A stretch of DNA of 64,000 nt from Candidatus Poribacteria bacterium (GCA_964291315.2 OZ219753.1:3072001-3136000); one strand, 5' to 3'; counted from the stretch's first letter, positions 1 to 9,797 are shown. A program made the numbers and translations. The notes: generated by a model not told the origin, from the letters alone.

Positions 1-161
1 TTTTGCCAGCAGGCATCGTCGAGAACACCGTCAATAGTTGGCGGATGTTCGATTTTAACTGCCGGCAACGCCTTTTTCACAGTGCTGTCCGTTGCAGCCC
101 ACAGCTTTCCACACACAGTGAGGAAAAGAATGAAAGTGACGAATAGTTTTTTAGCTAGCAT
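1..161 (-). CDS. 5' part of a secreted CBM9-like/DUF5916-type protein (runs off the window)
   Basis: Manual translation from ATG at 161 (GGAGG upstream): MLAKKLFVTFILFLTVCGKLWAATDSTVKKALPAVKIEHPPTIDGVLDDACWQ. Signal peptide followed by a PxIDGxLDDxxW motif. Not in the ORF track. Confidence 0.7.
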   Translation of the reverse strand, partial: MLAKKLFVTFILFLTVCGKLWAATDSTVKKALPAVKIEHPPTIDGVLDDACWQ

Positions 162-624
162 TTATTCTAAAGACCTCCAGATGAAACAATTGAACGTTTT
201 AAGTGAACTCACGCAATACAGATAACGCGAGTTGTGAGTTTGATAGATACTGTAACGTGAGTTTGAAAAAAGATTTAGAGGATATCTTTCGTATTAACGC
301 GAGCTTGATACATATTAGGTTCATCTTAAGAAAAAGAAAAAAAAAGGTTTATGGTTATGGCAGAAGGGTTGCTAAATACAAAACAAAGAGTATCAGGCCG
401 CTTCAGATGTGTGAGCGCCTCGGCATTCATTAGCAAGGGCGCGCACTTTTCTCTGTCAGGCAACGAAATCATCGACTGCATGCTGCGATGAGGTATCAAA
501 AATATTATCCCGCGACGGAGCAGCGATCATACCATTACTGGCAAATCTCTGACTAGACGCAGGTTCTAGGTCCACCTGCAAGGATTACGTCTTCGCCCGT
601 AGCTTTTCCATCCGTCCCCTATCG

Positions 625-2169
625 CTAACCTTTGGACGAAACCGAGGTAACCCCAACAATGCCTTTCTGCATCAATTCGATCAGTAACGTATCGGAGTGT
701 TTAAGGGTGTTCCTTGGAACAGGGTGCCACAGACTTAATTGATTTATGACCTCTGCTTCTTCTGAGCAGATAGGGATACGTATTGTATACAGCAGGTCAT
801 CCGAAACAAAAAATGCCCCGGTTTGTCTGCCGCTTAGCGCGAGAAACAGAAGGCTTTCCGGTTCGAGCCTCAACTCGATTTGAGAAGTATACGGCGCGAT
901 CAACTGACGGTAGTCAGCATCTGCGAGTCCTTTGTAGACAGGACTGGCGGTGGTTCCTGTCTTTGCATACTGTAACCGGGGTCTCTTCTTTGTGAATCTT
1001 TGATGAAACCGGGTCCCAAAGGGAGATAACGTCGGCCTCGTTTCGTTTGTCGGGCTGTTAAGCACGCGTTCTACAAATTGTATGACCTGTTCCGTATAGC
1101 GCGCGTAACTAAATTTCGCCTTGACCCTCTCCCGCCCGCGTTGTCCTTGTTCTTCGCGGAGATGCCTGTTTTCAATCAAGGCTCTTATTGCACGTATGAC
1201 GGCTGGTGTGTCAATTCGAATGCCGTTTGTTGTCACCCATGTGTTTATGGAAAATCCGCCCTCAAGGTCTCGGATAGTGTCTTTTAATCCGCCCCATGCC
1301 GTGCCGATAACAGGCACTCCCGCACTCATCGCTTCGATCTGGGACAACCCGAAGTTTTCGTCGTGGTGGAGCGTGAGGTTTATGAAGGCATCAGACGCAT
1401 TGAAAACCTCGTTGAGTTCCTCGGAGCTTTGCCACCCGAGTATGATAACATCCTCTGAAATCTGTAATGACGCTATAAGGGCTTGGACTTTATCCTCTAA
1501 ATCCATCGGATGCATACGGAATTCAGAAAAAGGGACATCCTCAAAACGTCCCACGACGACCAACTTCACAGGGGTCCCCGAGTGTATGAGTTCAGCGACG
1601 GCCCTGAGTGTTGTGTGCAGATTCTTTTCAATGGTCACCCGCCCCGTGTAGACAAGGACAAAATCATCTGGCTTGACTCCCCAATCCTTTCGGAGTTTTT
1701 CGCGCGCTTCTCCGCTTTTTAAAGGGAAGTAAGTTTCAAGATTCACACCGAACGGAAGGTAGACCGCTTCCGGAGTGGGCTTATCTAGGTCAATAAACTC
1801 ATAATAGATGTCCCTATCGGCTGTGCTAGTAAACCATATCGCATCGCTCTGATATAGATAGGGCATAATATCTCGAAATTTGTTCGCGCCCCGGGGGAAT
1901 CCTCCGAGGGCTTGGAATATTGTTTTCCCTCTCCATCCATTTTCTTTTAGGAATTCAATATGCTTGCTATAGCTTGTGATGGCCAAATCCACATCTACCG
2001 CATTTTCGAGCGTCCATGATTCCATCTCTCTTACGCTGAAGGGCTCCCCTTCTGCTTTCAAGAGACGATACTCTTTTTCAAGAATCTGCTCTATCTGACT
2101 AAAAACAGTGTATAGACTGGAATCAGGCTCTTCCGTTGCGGCGTGTCGGGTCAATAGAATAGTTTTCAT
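625..2169 (-). CDS. GT4 (GT-B fold) glycosyltransferase with C-terminal extension, in the lanthipeptide cluster
   Basis: YTGRVTIEKN and ENFGLSQIEAMSAGVPVIGT (EX7E) motifs; same strand, directly downstream of the ABC genes. Confidence 0.88.
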   Translation of the reverse strand: MKTILLTRHAATEEPDSSLYTVFSQIEQILEKEYRLLKAEGEPFSVREMESWTLENAVDVDLAITSYSKHIEFLKENGWRGKTIFQALGGFPRGANKFRDIMPYLYQSDAIWFTSTADRDIYYEFIDLDKPTPEAVYLPFGVNLETYFPLKSGEAREKLRKDWGVKPDDFVLVYTGRVTIEKNLHTTLRAVAELIHSGTPVKLVVVGRFEDVPFSEFRMHPMDLEDKVQALIASLQISEDVIILGWQSSEELNEVFNASDAFINLTLHHDENFGLSQIEAMSAGVPVIGTAWGGLKDTIRDLEGGFSINTWVTTNGIRIDTPAVIRAIRALIENRHLREEQGQRGRERVKAKFSYARYTEQVIQFVERVLNSPTNETRPTLSPFGTRFHQRFTKKRPRLQYAKTGTTASPVYKGLADADYRQLIAPYTSQIELRLEPESLLFLALSGRQTGAFFVSDDLLYTIRIPICSEEAEVINQLSLWHPVPRNTLKHSDTLLIELMQKGIVGVTSVSSKG

Positions 2170-2276
2170 GTTCTGTTTCCTCTACGTTATATCTATCTCA
2201 CTTTATGGGTCCTGAAATACATCCGTTAGTTAAAAGAGAGTCCCTCTTAAAACCTACTTAGCGACATCTATTATTC

Positions 2277-4067
2277 TTAGGCGTACCACGCAGATTGAGC
2301 CCGCCACATCTCAGCATATATACCCTCGTTCGCGAGCAACTCCGCGTGGGTCCCGCTTTCAACAAGGGCTCCCTCGTCTAAAACCAGAATTCTGTCACAC
2401 AACCGGGCAACTCCGAGTCTATGTGAGATGACGAGGAGGGTCCGGGATTCTGCTTTCGTTAACAACTCTCGAATTATGTCAGCCTCGGCAACGGGGTCTA
2501 TGGACGCAGTGGGTTCATCAAAAACCATGAGTGGACTGTCTCGAAATAGCCCGCGTGCGACCGCTATGCGAAGCCACTCGCCGCCTGATATGTCACGACC
2601 TCCGAACTCGTTTCCAAGGTAGAGATCTAAATCCTGCGAAAAAGTCGACCCCGCTTTCAACAAGGCGCTTCGTATACCCGCGTCGTCTTGAATGCGCTTA
2701 ACATCAGAAAACGCCACATTGTCGCGGACCGGCAGCAGATATCTAACAAAATCTTGGAAAACCGCACTCGCCTCCACCGTTTTCTGAGCTGTGCCTGCAT
2801 CTATCTTCACGCTGCCACGGCTCGGCGGATACAATCCGAGCAGGATATTTGCCAAAGTCGTCTTCCCAGATCCATTTTTACCCACAAGCGCAATGCGCTC
2901 TCCAGGGCTGATTTCTGCGGTAATGTGCTTTAGTACATCCGTCCCAGTTTGAGGATACCGGAAGGAGATACCCTCCATTTGAAGACGTAGCGGCTCCGCG
3001 CTGCCGTGTGCCGAAATATTGCTATCAGGGTTCGAGTTAGAAATCGCCGGCTGCTCAACGTTATCGGGCTGTATGGAAAAGAGTATGGCGAGTTCACGTA
3101 AAATACCCACCTGTTCCGCGAGGCTTCCAAGGGAACGCACCATCGTGGAAAGAAAGCCTTGCAAACTCACCGCTGCATGAATCAATCCGGTAAAAATGCC
3201 GGCTGTCTCTTTTGGGTCTGCGCTCTGTGCAGCGTGTGCTGCAATGAAAAGGACCGCCGCATATCCAAATACTGTGGAGAATCCGGCAAGCACCTCCCAG
3301 CGCATTATCTTTTTTAGCGTGGCAAGCTCTAGATTGGCAACGGTTTGATAAGATTTTTCCCACTTTGCCAACAACCAACGTTGGAGCGTGAACAACCGAA
3401 TTTCCCCCGCGCTGGTGCGAGAGGCGAGAAGCTCTGCCCAAGTCTCTTGTATCCGCTGCGAACGAACAACCGACCGTTCATGATCGCGTCTCAGCGAGAT
3501 GACACGCGGTTGTGTCAGGGAAATAACGACAGTGGATAACAACAGGGCCGCAGCACACCAGATGCCACCGCCAATGATGAATACCGCCGCGAACAACCCA
3601 ACAAGCGTAGCAACGCAGTGAATGTTATCTAGCACACTACGCAACAAACGCACAATACGATCCCCGAAATCCCGATGAGCCCGAGACGAAACGTCATGAA
3701 ACTCAGCGTCAAAAAAATGGAGCATCGGGATTCGCGCCGCCTGTTTTAAAAGCCGCTGCTGAAAATAGAGTATGGCTCGATTTGAGAACCATAACTGGGT
3801 CGGATAATTCAAAACATCGGTTAAAATTTGACACCCCGACATCACAAGATACATACAGCACCAGAAGAAGACTCGCTCGCCATTTATCAGGGCATTCGTA
3901 AACCCTGCGACAATAATAGCAGCAAACGCAAAAAACGCGGCATTCACAAGCCGCAAGAACACAGTGACAAAAAGCTGAAAAGGGGCAACAACGACAAAAC
4001 GGAGCACAATTCCTAAAACAGCCCGCCGCGAAACGTGTTGTACCTCTAAGCTGCTCACTGATACCAC
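2277..4067 (-). CDS. ABC exporter (TMD+NBD), lanthipeptide transporter half 2
   Basis: GKNGSGKTT, ISGGEW, VFDEPT, SHRL; N-terminal TM helices; no C39 domain. Confidence 0.92.
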   Translation of the reverse strand: MVSVSSLEVQHVSRRAVLGIVLRFVVVAPFQLFVTVFLRLVNAAFFAFAAIIVAGFTNALINGERVFFWCCMYLVMSGCQILTDVLNYPTQLWFSNRAILYFQQRLLKQAARIPMLHFFDAEFHDVSSRAHRDFGDRIVRLLRSVLDNIHCVATLVGLFAAVFIIGGGIWCAAALLLSTVVISLTQPRVISLRRDHERSVVRSQRIQETWAELLASRTSAGEIRLFTLQRWLLAKWEKSYQTVANLELATLKKIMRWEVLAGFSTVFGYAAVLFIAAHAAQSADPKETAGIFTGLIHAAVSLQGFLSTMVRSLGSLAEQVGILRELAILFSIQPDNVEQPAISNSNPDSNISAHGSAEPLRLQMEGISFRYPQTGTDVLKHITAEISPGERIALVGKNGSGKTTLANILLGLYPPSRGSVKIDAGTAQKTVEASAVFQDFVRYLLPVRDNVAFSDVKRIQDDAGIRSALLKAGSTFSQDLDLYLGNEFGGRDISGGEWLRIAVARGLFRDSPLMVFDEPTASIDPVAEADIIRELLTKAESRTLLVISHRLGVARLCDRILVLDEGALVESGTHAELLANEGIYAEMWRAQSAWYA

Positions 4068-5818
4068 TCCCTTTGTTCATTGAACATCTGAGCGTACTTC
4101 CCGTTTTTATCCAGCAGTTCCCTGGGTGTCCCAATTTCCACCAGGGTCCCCTTCTCTAAAACCGCAATCCGATCTGCAAGACGGGTAGGGCCAAGGCGAT
4201 GCGTTATAAGCAATGCTGTTTTCCCCTCTACCAACGCCACAAAATGCTCAAATAGTGCAAGCTCTGCCAACGGATCGAGATTCGCAGTGGGCTCGTCAAA
4301 AATAAAAAGGGAGACCTCTTTTTTCAAGAGACTCCTCGCCAATGCCACACGTTGCCATTCACCGCCGGATATATCCACGCCCCCTAACTCAGGCCCCAGA
4401 AGTGTTTCTAAACACAAGTTTTCTGTAGAAAATCCAACTTGCGCTAACGCAGCCTGAATGTCAGGATCTTGATTAGCGTCCAGACTGAAGGTAACGTTCT
4501 CTCGCAGCGTGCTCGGATACCTCACCGGGTGTTGAAAAACAAAGGTACACGCATTTCGAATGTCATCGGCGGCCATGCCGACAGCGTCTACACCGTCTAT
4601 CACCACGCGCCCATCTGTCGGAGAACGGAGCCCCGCCAACATGTGTGCCAACGTTGTCTTTCCAGACCCGTTTTCGCCTACGATTGCAAGAATTTCACCG
4701 GGGTGGAGATGCATATGAATGCCGCAAACCGCATCTGTGTCAGCACCGGGATAACGGTAGGTAACGCCGTCTAAAACGATACCTTGCCGCAGCGGACAAG
4801 GATAGGAGACAGAATCAGTTGATGAGGCTTCGGACGAGGGGAGAGCCATCAGACGACGAAAGTCCTCGCCATACCCGATATGTTGTACAAAACTCCTCAC
4901 CGTAAACTGCGCGGAATTCATACCGGCGGTGATAGTCCGAAACGCTTGTAGCACTAAGGCCGCAAGTCCCGGTTCAATTCGTCCACTGGAGAGAGAGACT
5001 ATGAACAGAGAAGCCCCAAGTATGAGTGTGAAAAGAAGGACTGCAAGGCCCCCTTGATACGTATTTTGAAGTGAAACCCGTAACTCCCCGCTCATATAAT
5101 CGCTCAGTGTCTTCTGCCAGCGTCCGAGGAGGGTCTCACCGATACCCCATAGGCGAATTTCGGAGGCACTTTGCCGACGCGTTAATAGTTGAACATAGTA
5201 ATCAGAAAGCCGTTTTTGATCCGTGTTTTCCACTTCAAAGCGGCGTTCACGCTGCCCCCAATAACTATTGAGGTACCTCAGGAGCACAACCCCACAAGCG
5301 AGTACTACCGGTAGCCATAAAGATATCAACCCTAAAATAACTGCGCTTGTTACCAAGATCGGCACATATTCGAGAATCTCCAACGCATCTTCCATTAAAC
5401 GGGGGCCGCGCACGTCTGCACCAGCAACCACGCGATAGATGAGATCATGCGTCTGTTTATCATCAAAAGCCTCCAGAGACAGGTTGCCTATCTTTGTCAA
5501 GGCACGACGTTGCAAAGAAAAACCGGCCTTCACTCGTATCCGTTCACGCAAGAGGGGAAGCACAATGAAGATGAGCTGTTGCCCAACAAACACAACGCAG
5601 AGCAGAATCAACCACACAAACGCAGCATCTAATCCACCGTCTACCAGCTGGTTGACTGTGGCGCGCAACAGAAGTAGAGCCCCGGCCGCCAAACCCGCTT
5701 GGATAAGCACAAGCAATACCCAAACAACAACAATATCCGGTGCTGATCTGACAATTCTTGAAAAGAGCCACAATAAGTTTCGGTATGAGGAACGTTCAGT
5801 TTCTACTGCGGAGTGCAT
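4055..5818 (-). CDS. ABC exporter (TMD+NBD), lanthipeptide transporter half 1
   Basis: GENGSGKTT, ISGGEWQR, IFDEPT, THRL; overlaps both neighbouring genes. Confidence 0.92.
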   Translation of the reverse strand: MHSAVETERSSYRNLLWLFSRIVRSAPDIVVVWVLLVLIQAGLAAGALLLLRATVNQLVDGGLDAAFVWLILLCVVFVGQQLIFIVLPLLRERIRVKAGFSLQRRALTKIGNLSLEAFDDKQTHDLIYRVVAGADVRGPRLMEDALEILEYVPILVTSAVILGLISLWLPVVLACGVVLLRYLNSYWGQRERRFEVENTDQKRLSDYYVQLLTRRQSASEIRLWGIGETLLGRWQKTLSDYMSGELRVSLQNTYQGGLAVLLFTLILGASLFIVSLSSGRIEPGLAALVLQAFRTITAGMNSAQFTVRSFVQHIGYGEDFRRLMALPSSEASSTDSVSYPCPLRQGIVLDGVTYRYPGADTDAVCGIHMHLHPGEILAIVGENGSGKTTLAHMLAGLRSPTDGRVVIDGVDAVGMAADDIRNACTFVFQHPVRYPSTLRENVTFSLDANQDPDIQAALAQVGFSTENLCLETLLGPELGGVDISGGEWQRVALARSLLKKEVSLFIFDEPTANLDPLAELALFEHFVALVEGKTALLITHRLGPTRLADRIAVLEKGTLVEIGTPRELLDKNGKYAQMFNEQREWYQ

Positions 5819-8511
5819 AGCAGGTCATCGAGCAAAAAATTGAAATTTTTGAATCTCTTTTCTCGGTTTGCTAGCCGAGCCAGAAACATCGCAATCCCCG
5901 CGGAGCCGCTCCCAAAATCGTTGGAAATCCGCAAAAGCTGTTCCCCCGGGAAAGCAATACCGTCCGGATTCTCTATTTGAAACTCAAGGATCCCTTTCGT
6001 AATTTTGAGTGCAGTTTCTATGCATTTGGTATCACCGGTAAAATCCCAAAGATCCAACTGTAGATTTCCAAGCCCGGCAAGTCCCGTAAATAAGGTGGGA
6101 AACGCAGTGAGATCACGAGCAGTGTCCGGCATCAAAGCATCCAACATCTCCTTATACTCGTCATTCTTGAAAACAGACCAGTAACGAACGAGCGCCGTAC
6201 AAACGCCTGCCGATCCGTCTGACCAGTAATGCGAAGCGACATTCTTGTGCATAGAAGGTGGTGACTCGGCGGCAACGCGTCGGATTTGAAATCCCTGTCT
6301 TGTTTCTTCCACTTGTGCTAAATCGTAAGATAACGCTCTTCGCCCGGCTTCTTCAAATCGGAGCTCTCCACTCGCCAATCTTAAGTAAAGGAAATAGAGT
6401 GCTATTCCTGATTGTCCCCTTGCATAGCCACACCAAATGTTTCCCTCCGTGTCTGGCCAGTAGTAACCCTCTTCTGATTCTGACTTTGTGTGGATTAACC
6501 GATCTCCCACTTGAACCGCCTGCTCCAACCAATATTCATCCTGTGTCTCTTTATGGAAATAGAGGCAAGCCAAACCGAAACCGGCAGCACCGTGGTAAAT
6601 GTCGGGAAGTTCCCAGAGCAACGGGTGCTCCGCTGCAGCTTTCATCAATTGCAACGCTATCTTTTGCTGTCCTAGCTTCCAAAACACCCATGCTATTCCG
6701 GACAGCCCCAGGTAGAGCCCCGGCGGATATTTGTCATTTGAAATCTCTTGTGATAGCATCCACGTTATTACTTTCTCTGAAACTTTACCCTCCAGAGACA
6801 ACAGGGCATAAGCAACACCTGCTGCGCCATGGGCGACGCTTAATGGATTCGTCCTGAAAACAGACGGATCCGCAGGAAAGAGGCAATCCGTTCTGTTAAA
6901 ACTCATATGAGACGTGATATAGTTCACTGTCTTATCGACAGTATCCATCAAACACATATCGCTTACCCTCGCCTTATCTGTATCCAATTGGGTGTGTGTA
7001 TCAAGCGACATGTTATTTAGTCGGTTTAAGATTTCATCTACTGACGGGCGCACATTTTCTTCCGCATCCATGCACTCAAGTATAAGTTCCTTCATACGAC
7101 GCGGAAGGGATCCAGCGTTTTCCGCACTCGCTAGGAAGCCATGTGTTGCTGTAGGCTTTATATTTAGTAAAGAGGTCACGGGGCAAATTAAACTGAACAT
7201 GATCCGGCCCAACCCGTATATGTCGTCCGAGGGGGACTGCACCCCTTCTGAGGGTCTAAACCCCGGTGTTCCAAACGTCGTGTATGGTGCATCAACGCCG
7301 ACCTCCCAAGCCCCCTCCAAGTCAATAAGTTGCAACGTTTCATCGTTTTGATGGAGGATGATATTTCCAGGCGAAGTATCATTAATAACGATGTTATGCT
7401 CATGTACAATTTTTAAGGCATGGGTAAGATTTGCGAAGATCTTATAGAGTCCCTCTACATAAATGTTCCCGTCTTTTTCGTCACTTCCAAGTGTCTCATT
7501 TCTACCTTGAGAAACGAGATCAAAGAGGTTGCTACCTTCAAGAAACTCCTCAACGAGGAATAGATGCTCCCAATCCTGAAAAAGATCCAAGGGCTCTGGT
7601 GTAACACCCGTTCCACTTAACTTGCTTAACAGACGATGCTCTTTTCTTAACCTCTCCACCGCGTCCAACCCGTCGGGGCCAATGTTCGTGTGGGGGCGTG
7701 CCTCTTTGATAACCACATGCTGCCCCGTATCCATGTCCACAGCTTTATAAACACCGCCCGTGAGAGAATAGTGCAGCGATCCTTCAATAAGGTATTTACC
7801 ATCCTTCAAAGAAAGCGCGTCCAGATCAGAAGAGTCATCTACTTCATTATTTTCATCTGAATCAAAAGGATCGGACATCCAAGGTGGGAGATCGAAAAAT
7901 GGAGACCTGCCATCCGTCACGAGCGCTCCATTAGGATCTTGAAGAAAATTTTCAACCTGCCCAAATATTGATATTTTGGGGACACCAATAAAGGCACCGT
8001 AACGATAATGCACTACTTCAGAGGTTTTATACCGCTTGTCTGATAAAATGTAAGGTCCCTTCATATCAGCGAGCTGCTCACATAAATCATCTGCAACCCT
8101 GTGGAAATGTTGAACATCTGACGGATAAATCGTTAAAAACTTTCCGCCAGATTCTCTGGCCCCTCCTTTATCCATTATTATGCTGAACACGAAAGGGTCT
8201 GCCAGAAATTTGAAAGCGACTTCCTGCCGAACGCAAATGTCGGTACATCTCTCAAGTATCTGCTTACAATTATCGGGGATCGCGGAAATGTGAATCTTCC
8301 AACCTTGTCTCAACGATTCATGGCTTCGAGGGAAAGTGTGCGTCCAAATGCCGTCTTGGCGGAGGTTCCATGAGATCGGCAACCTCTCGCGGACGATCTG
8401 CAGAAAATCCGGAGAAGGAACATATCGAGAAAAGGGCTCATACCAGTCTGAAGGTATAAGGCTATGAAAAGGGTATAGATTACGTCCGAAGTTTGGATCT
8501 GTTATGAGCAT
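5803..8511 (-). CDS. lanKC: Class III lanthipeptide synthetase (lyase-kinase-cyclase)
   Basis: Lyase motifs QGWKIHIS, GKFLTIYP, HYRYGAF; kinase motifs VVIKEAR, LIDLE, GTPGF. The LanC-like domain has YWSDGSAG and TLFTGLAG where Zn-binding WCHG/CHG would be expected. Confidence 0.93.
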   Translation of the reverse strand: MLITDPNFGRNLYPFHSLIPSDWYEPFSRYVPSPDFLQIVRERLPISWNLRQDGIWTHTFPRSHESLRQGWKIHISAIPDNCKQILERCTDICVRQEVAFKFLADPFVFSIIMDKGGARESGGKFLTIYPSDVQHFHRVADDLCEQLADMKGPYILSDKRYKTSEVVHYRYGAFIGVPKISIFGQVENFLQDPNGALVTDGRSPFFDLPPWMSDPFDSDENNEVDDSSDLDALSLKDGKYLIEGSLHYSLTGGVYKAVDMDTGQHVVIKEARPHTNIGPDGLDAVERLRKEHRLLSKLSGTGVTPEPLDLFQDWEHLFLVEEFLEGSNLFDLVSQGRNETLGSDEKDGNIYVEGLYKIFANLTHALKIVHEHNIVINDTSPGNIILHQNDETLQLIDLEGAWEVGVDAPYTTFGTPGFRPSEGVQSPSDDIYGLGRIMFSLICPVTSLLNIKPTATHGFLASAENAGSLPRRMKELILECMDAEENVRPSVDEILNRLNNMSLDTHTQLDTDKARVSDMCLMDTVDKTVNYITSHMSFNRTDCLFPADPSVFRTNPLSVAHGAAGVAYALLSLEGKVSEKVITWMLSQEISNDKYPPGLYLGLSGIAWVFWKLGQQKIALQLMKAAAEHPLLWELPDIYHGAAGFGLACLYFHKETQDEYWLEQAVQVGDRLIHTKSESEEGYYWPDTEGNIWCGYARGQSGIALYFLYLRLASGELRFEEAGRRALSYDLAQVEETRQGFQIRRVAAESPPSMHKNVASHYWSDGSAGVCTALVRYWSVFKNDEYKEMLDALMPDTARDLTAFPTLFTGLAGLGNLQLDLWDFTGDTKCIETALKITKGILEFQIENPDGIAFPGEQLLRISNDFGSGSAGIAMFLARLANREKRFKNFNFLLDDLLCTPQ

Positions 8512-8630
8512 AAAATTATCCCAAATGAGTGAGGCCAGCCCTGCAGTCTGTGCCTGTCATTACTTAAAACTGTCATCTGTGAACCAGACGCTGTCATCAC
8601 AGATCCAGCCCACAGACAAAAGAAAATAGG

Positions 8631-8744
8631 CTAAGTGCAATTGTTTGTGCAACTAGAAGCCACGCAAGAACTTGCAGACACAGTCATTGAAGACGTACTC
8701 AAGTTCAAGACGGGCATCTGTTGTAATGCTAAAACGCGCTTCAT
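8631..8744 (-). CDS. lanA: Lanthipeptide precursor A (37 aa) MKRVLALQQMPVLNLSTSSMTVSASSCVASSCTNNCT
   Basis: AAGGAG RBS 7 nt before ATG 8744; class III-type leader VLALQ; Ser/Thr/Cys-rich core; directly upstream of lanKC. Confidence 0.9.
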   Translation of the reverse strand: MKRVLALQQMPVLNLSTSSMTVSASSCVASSCTNNCT

Positions 8745-8824
8745 AAGAAAACTCCTTGTTTCTATGTTAGCTGTGAACCAGACGCTGTCATCACAGATCC
8801 GGCTCACAGACAAAAGAAAACGGG

Positions 8825-8938
8825 TTAATTGCAATTGTTTGTGCAACTGTAAGAATGGCAAGAAGAATAAGACTGAATCGTTGGAGACGCACCCAAGCGC
8901 AGGGCGGGCATCCGTTGTAGCGCTAAAACGCGCTTCAT
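8825..8938 (-). CDS. lanA: Lanthipeptide precursor B (37 aa) MKRVLALQRMPALRLGASPTIQSYSSCHSYSCTNNCN
   Basis: Manual translation; paralog of precursor A with identical length and Cys spacing. No clear SD. Absent from the ORF track. Confidence 0.85.
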   Translation of the reverse strand: MKRVLALQRMPALRLGASPTIQSYSSCHSYSCTNNCN

Positions 8939-9076
8939 AAGAAAAATATAGTGAGCAATTTACCTAAGAAGGCAAAAAGAGAAAGTACCTTGCCTCCTGT
9001 GGCAATCCTCTGGTTATTAGATGGTTAACACTGCTATGCTACCGTCATGGCAACACAGCGTGCATAGGTGCAGAAA

Positions 9077-9330
9077 TCACCTTTGGCGCACATCACAGAA
9101 AAGCTCGATCTCGGTACACATCCGAAACATCCAAGGGAAAACCGTCCCCTTTTTTCGGTGATGTATCGTTTCCAAGACCGCATCAAGCACCTGACTGTCG
9201 CTTTTCTCATGGAGTTCTTTCCATTCGGGACGTTCCGCCCGGTCGGAAAAGGTCGGGCAGGTGACACTGAAACGTTCACCAATCTCATCATACCGAACCT
9301 ATTGAAACATAAACTGACATTGTAAAAAAC
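9077..9330 (-). pseudogene. Possible decayed small HTH protein
   Basis: Reads ..FMFQ*VRYDEIGERFSVTCPTFSDRAERPEWKELHE.. with in-frame TAG at 9299-9301; HTH-like pattern. Confidence 0.3.
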
Positions 9331-9539
9331 GACCATATTAACACTGTGCATTGAAATATTTTCCGTGTAAAGCCAAATTATACCGGAAAGGCATCTTTTC
9401 GTAAAGAAAAAAGGTGATTTCCATTCAATACATTATAATTATACACTCTTTCGAGCCTTATGTCAAGAAAAAATTAGATCGTTCGGTAGAGCTACTCGAT
9501 TGTCGCGTATAGTCTTTTGACAAAAATAAAGACCCTGCC

Positions 9540-9643
9540 CCCAACTCCGCCTGGGTAAACACAAGCAATACCCAAACAACAATATCCGGGGCCGATCTGA
9601 AAACTCTTGAAAAGAGCCATCAGATTTTACTGCGGCGTGCATA
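9540..9643 (-). pseudogene. Remnant of the 5' end of the ABC gene at 4055-5818
   Basis: cacaagcaatacccaaacaacaatatccgg..gatctga..cttgaaaagagcca..tactgcgg.gtgcata matches about 5690-5819 with an internal deletion. Confidence 0.8.
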
Positions 9644-9797
9644 AAACGTTTCTGTATGTTTGAGAGAAGCGTGTTTGTGGCAACGGTGTGCACGTTTTAA
9701 AGGCGATAGTGCTGTAAAACCGTCGTCTATGCGCCACAGTGCCTTTGCCCGATTTTATCTCTCAAACGGATGTGCAGCAGTGTGTCCGTGAGGCGAC

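Larger units (their letters stand above)
8577..8944. repeat. Tandem duplication (194-bp period) of precursor gene plus downstream hairpin
   Basis: ctgtgaaccagacgctgtcatcacagatcc.gc.cacagacaaaagaaaa at 8577 and 8771; gctaaaacgcgcttcataagaaaa in both copies. Confidence 0.9.

Noticed and set aside
203-433. 76-aa plus-strand ORF
   Set aside because: AT-rich intergenic DNA with a poly-A run and repeated motifs; no RBS or recognisable domain.
5803-6900. Class IV (LanL) assignment
   Set aside because: The cyclase lacks the Zn-binding Cys/Cys/His motifs (WSDG and LFTG instead).
8631-8940. Track ORFs 8631-8861(-) in 76-aa form and 8635-8940(+)
   Set aside because: The RBS and the paralog fix the start at 8744; the plus ORF is the antisense shadow of the precursors.
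8577-8944. CRISPR-like repeats
   Set aside because: Only two units, the intervening sequences are homologous coding sequence, and no cas genes are present.
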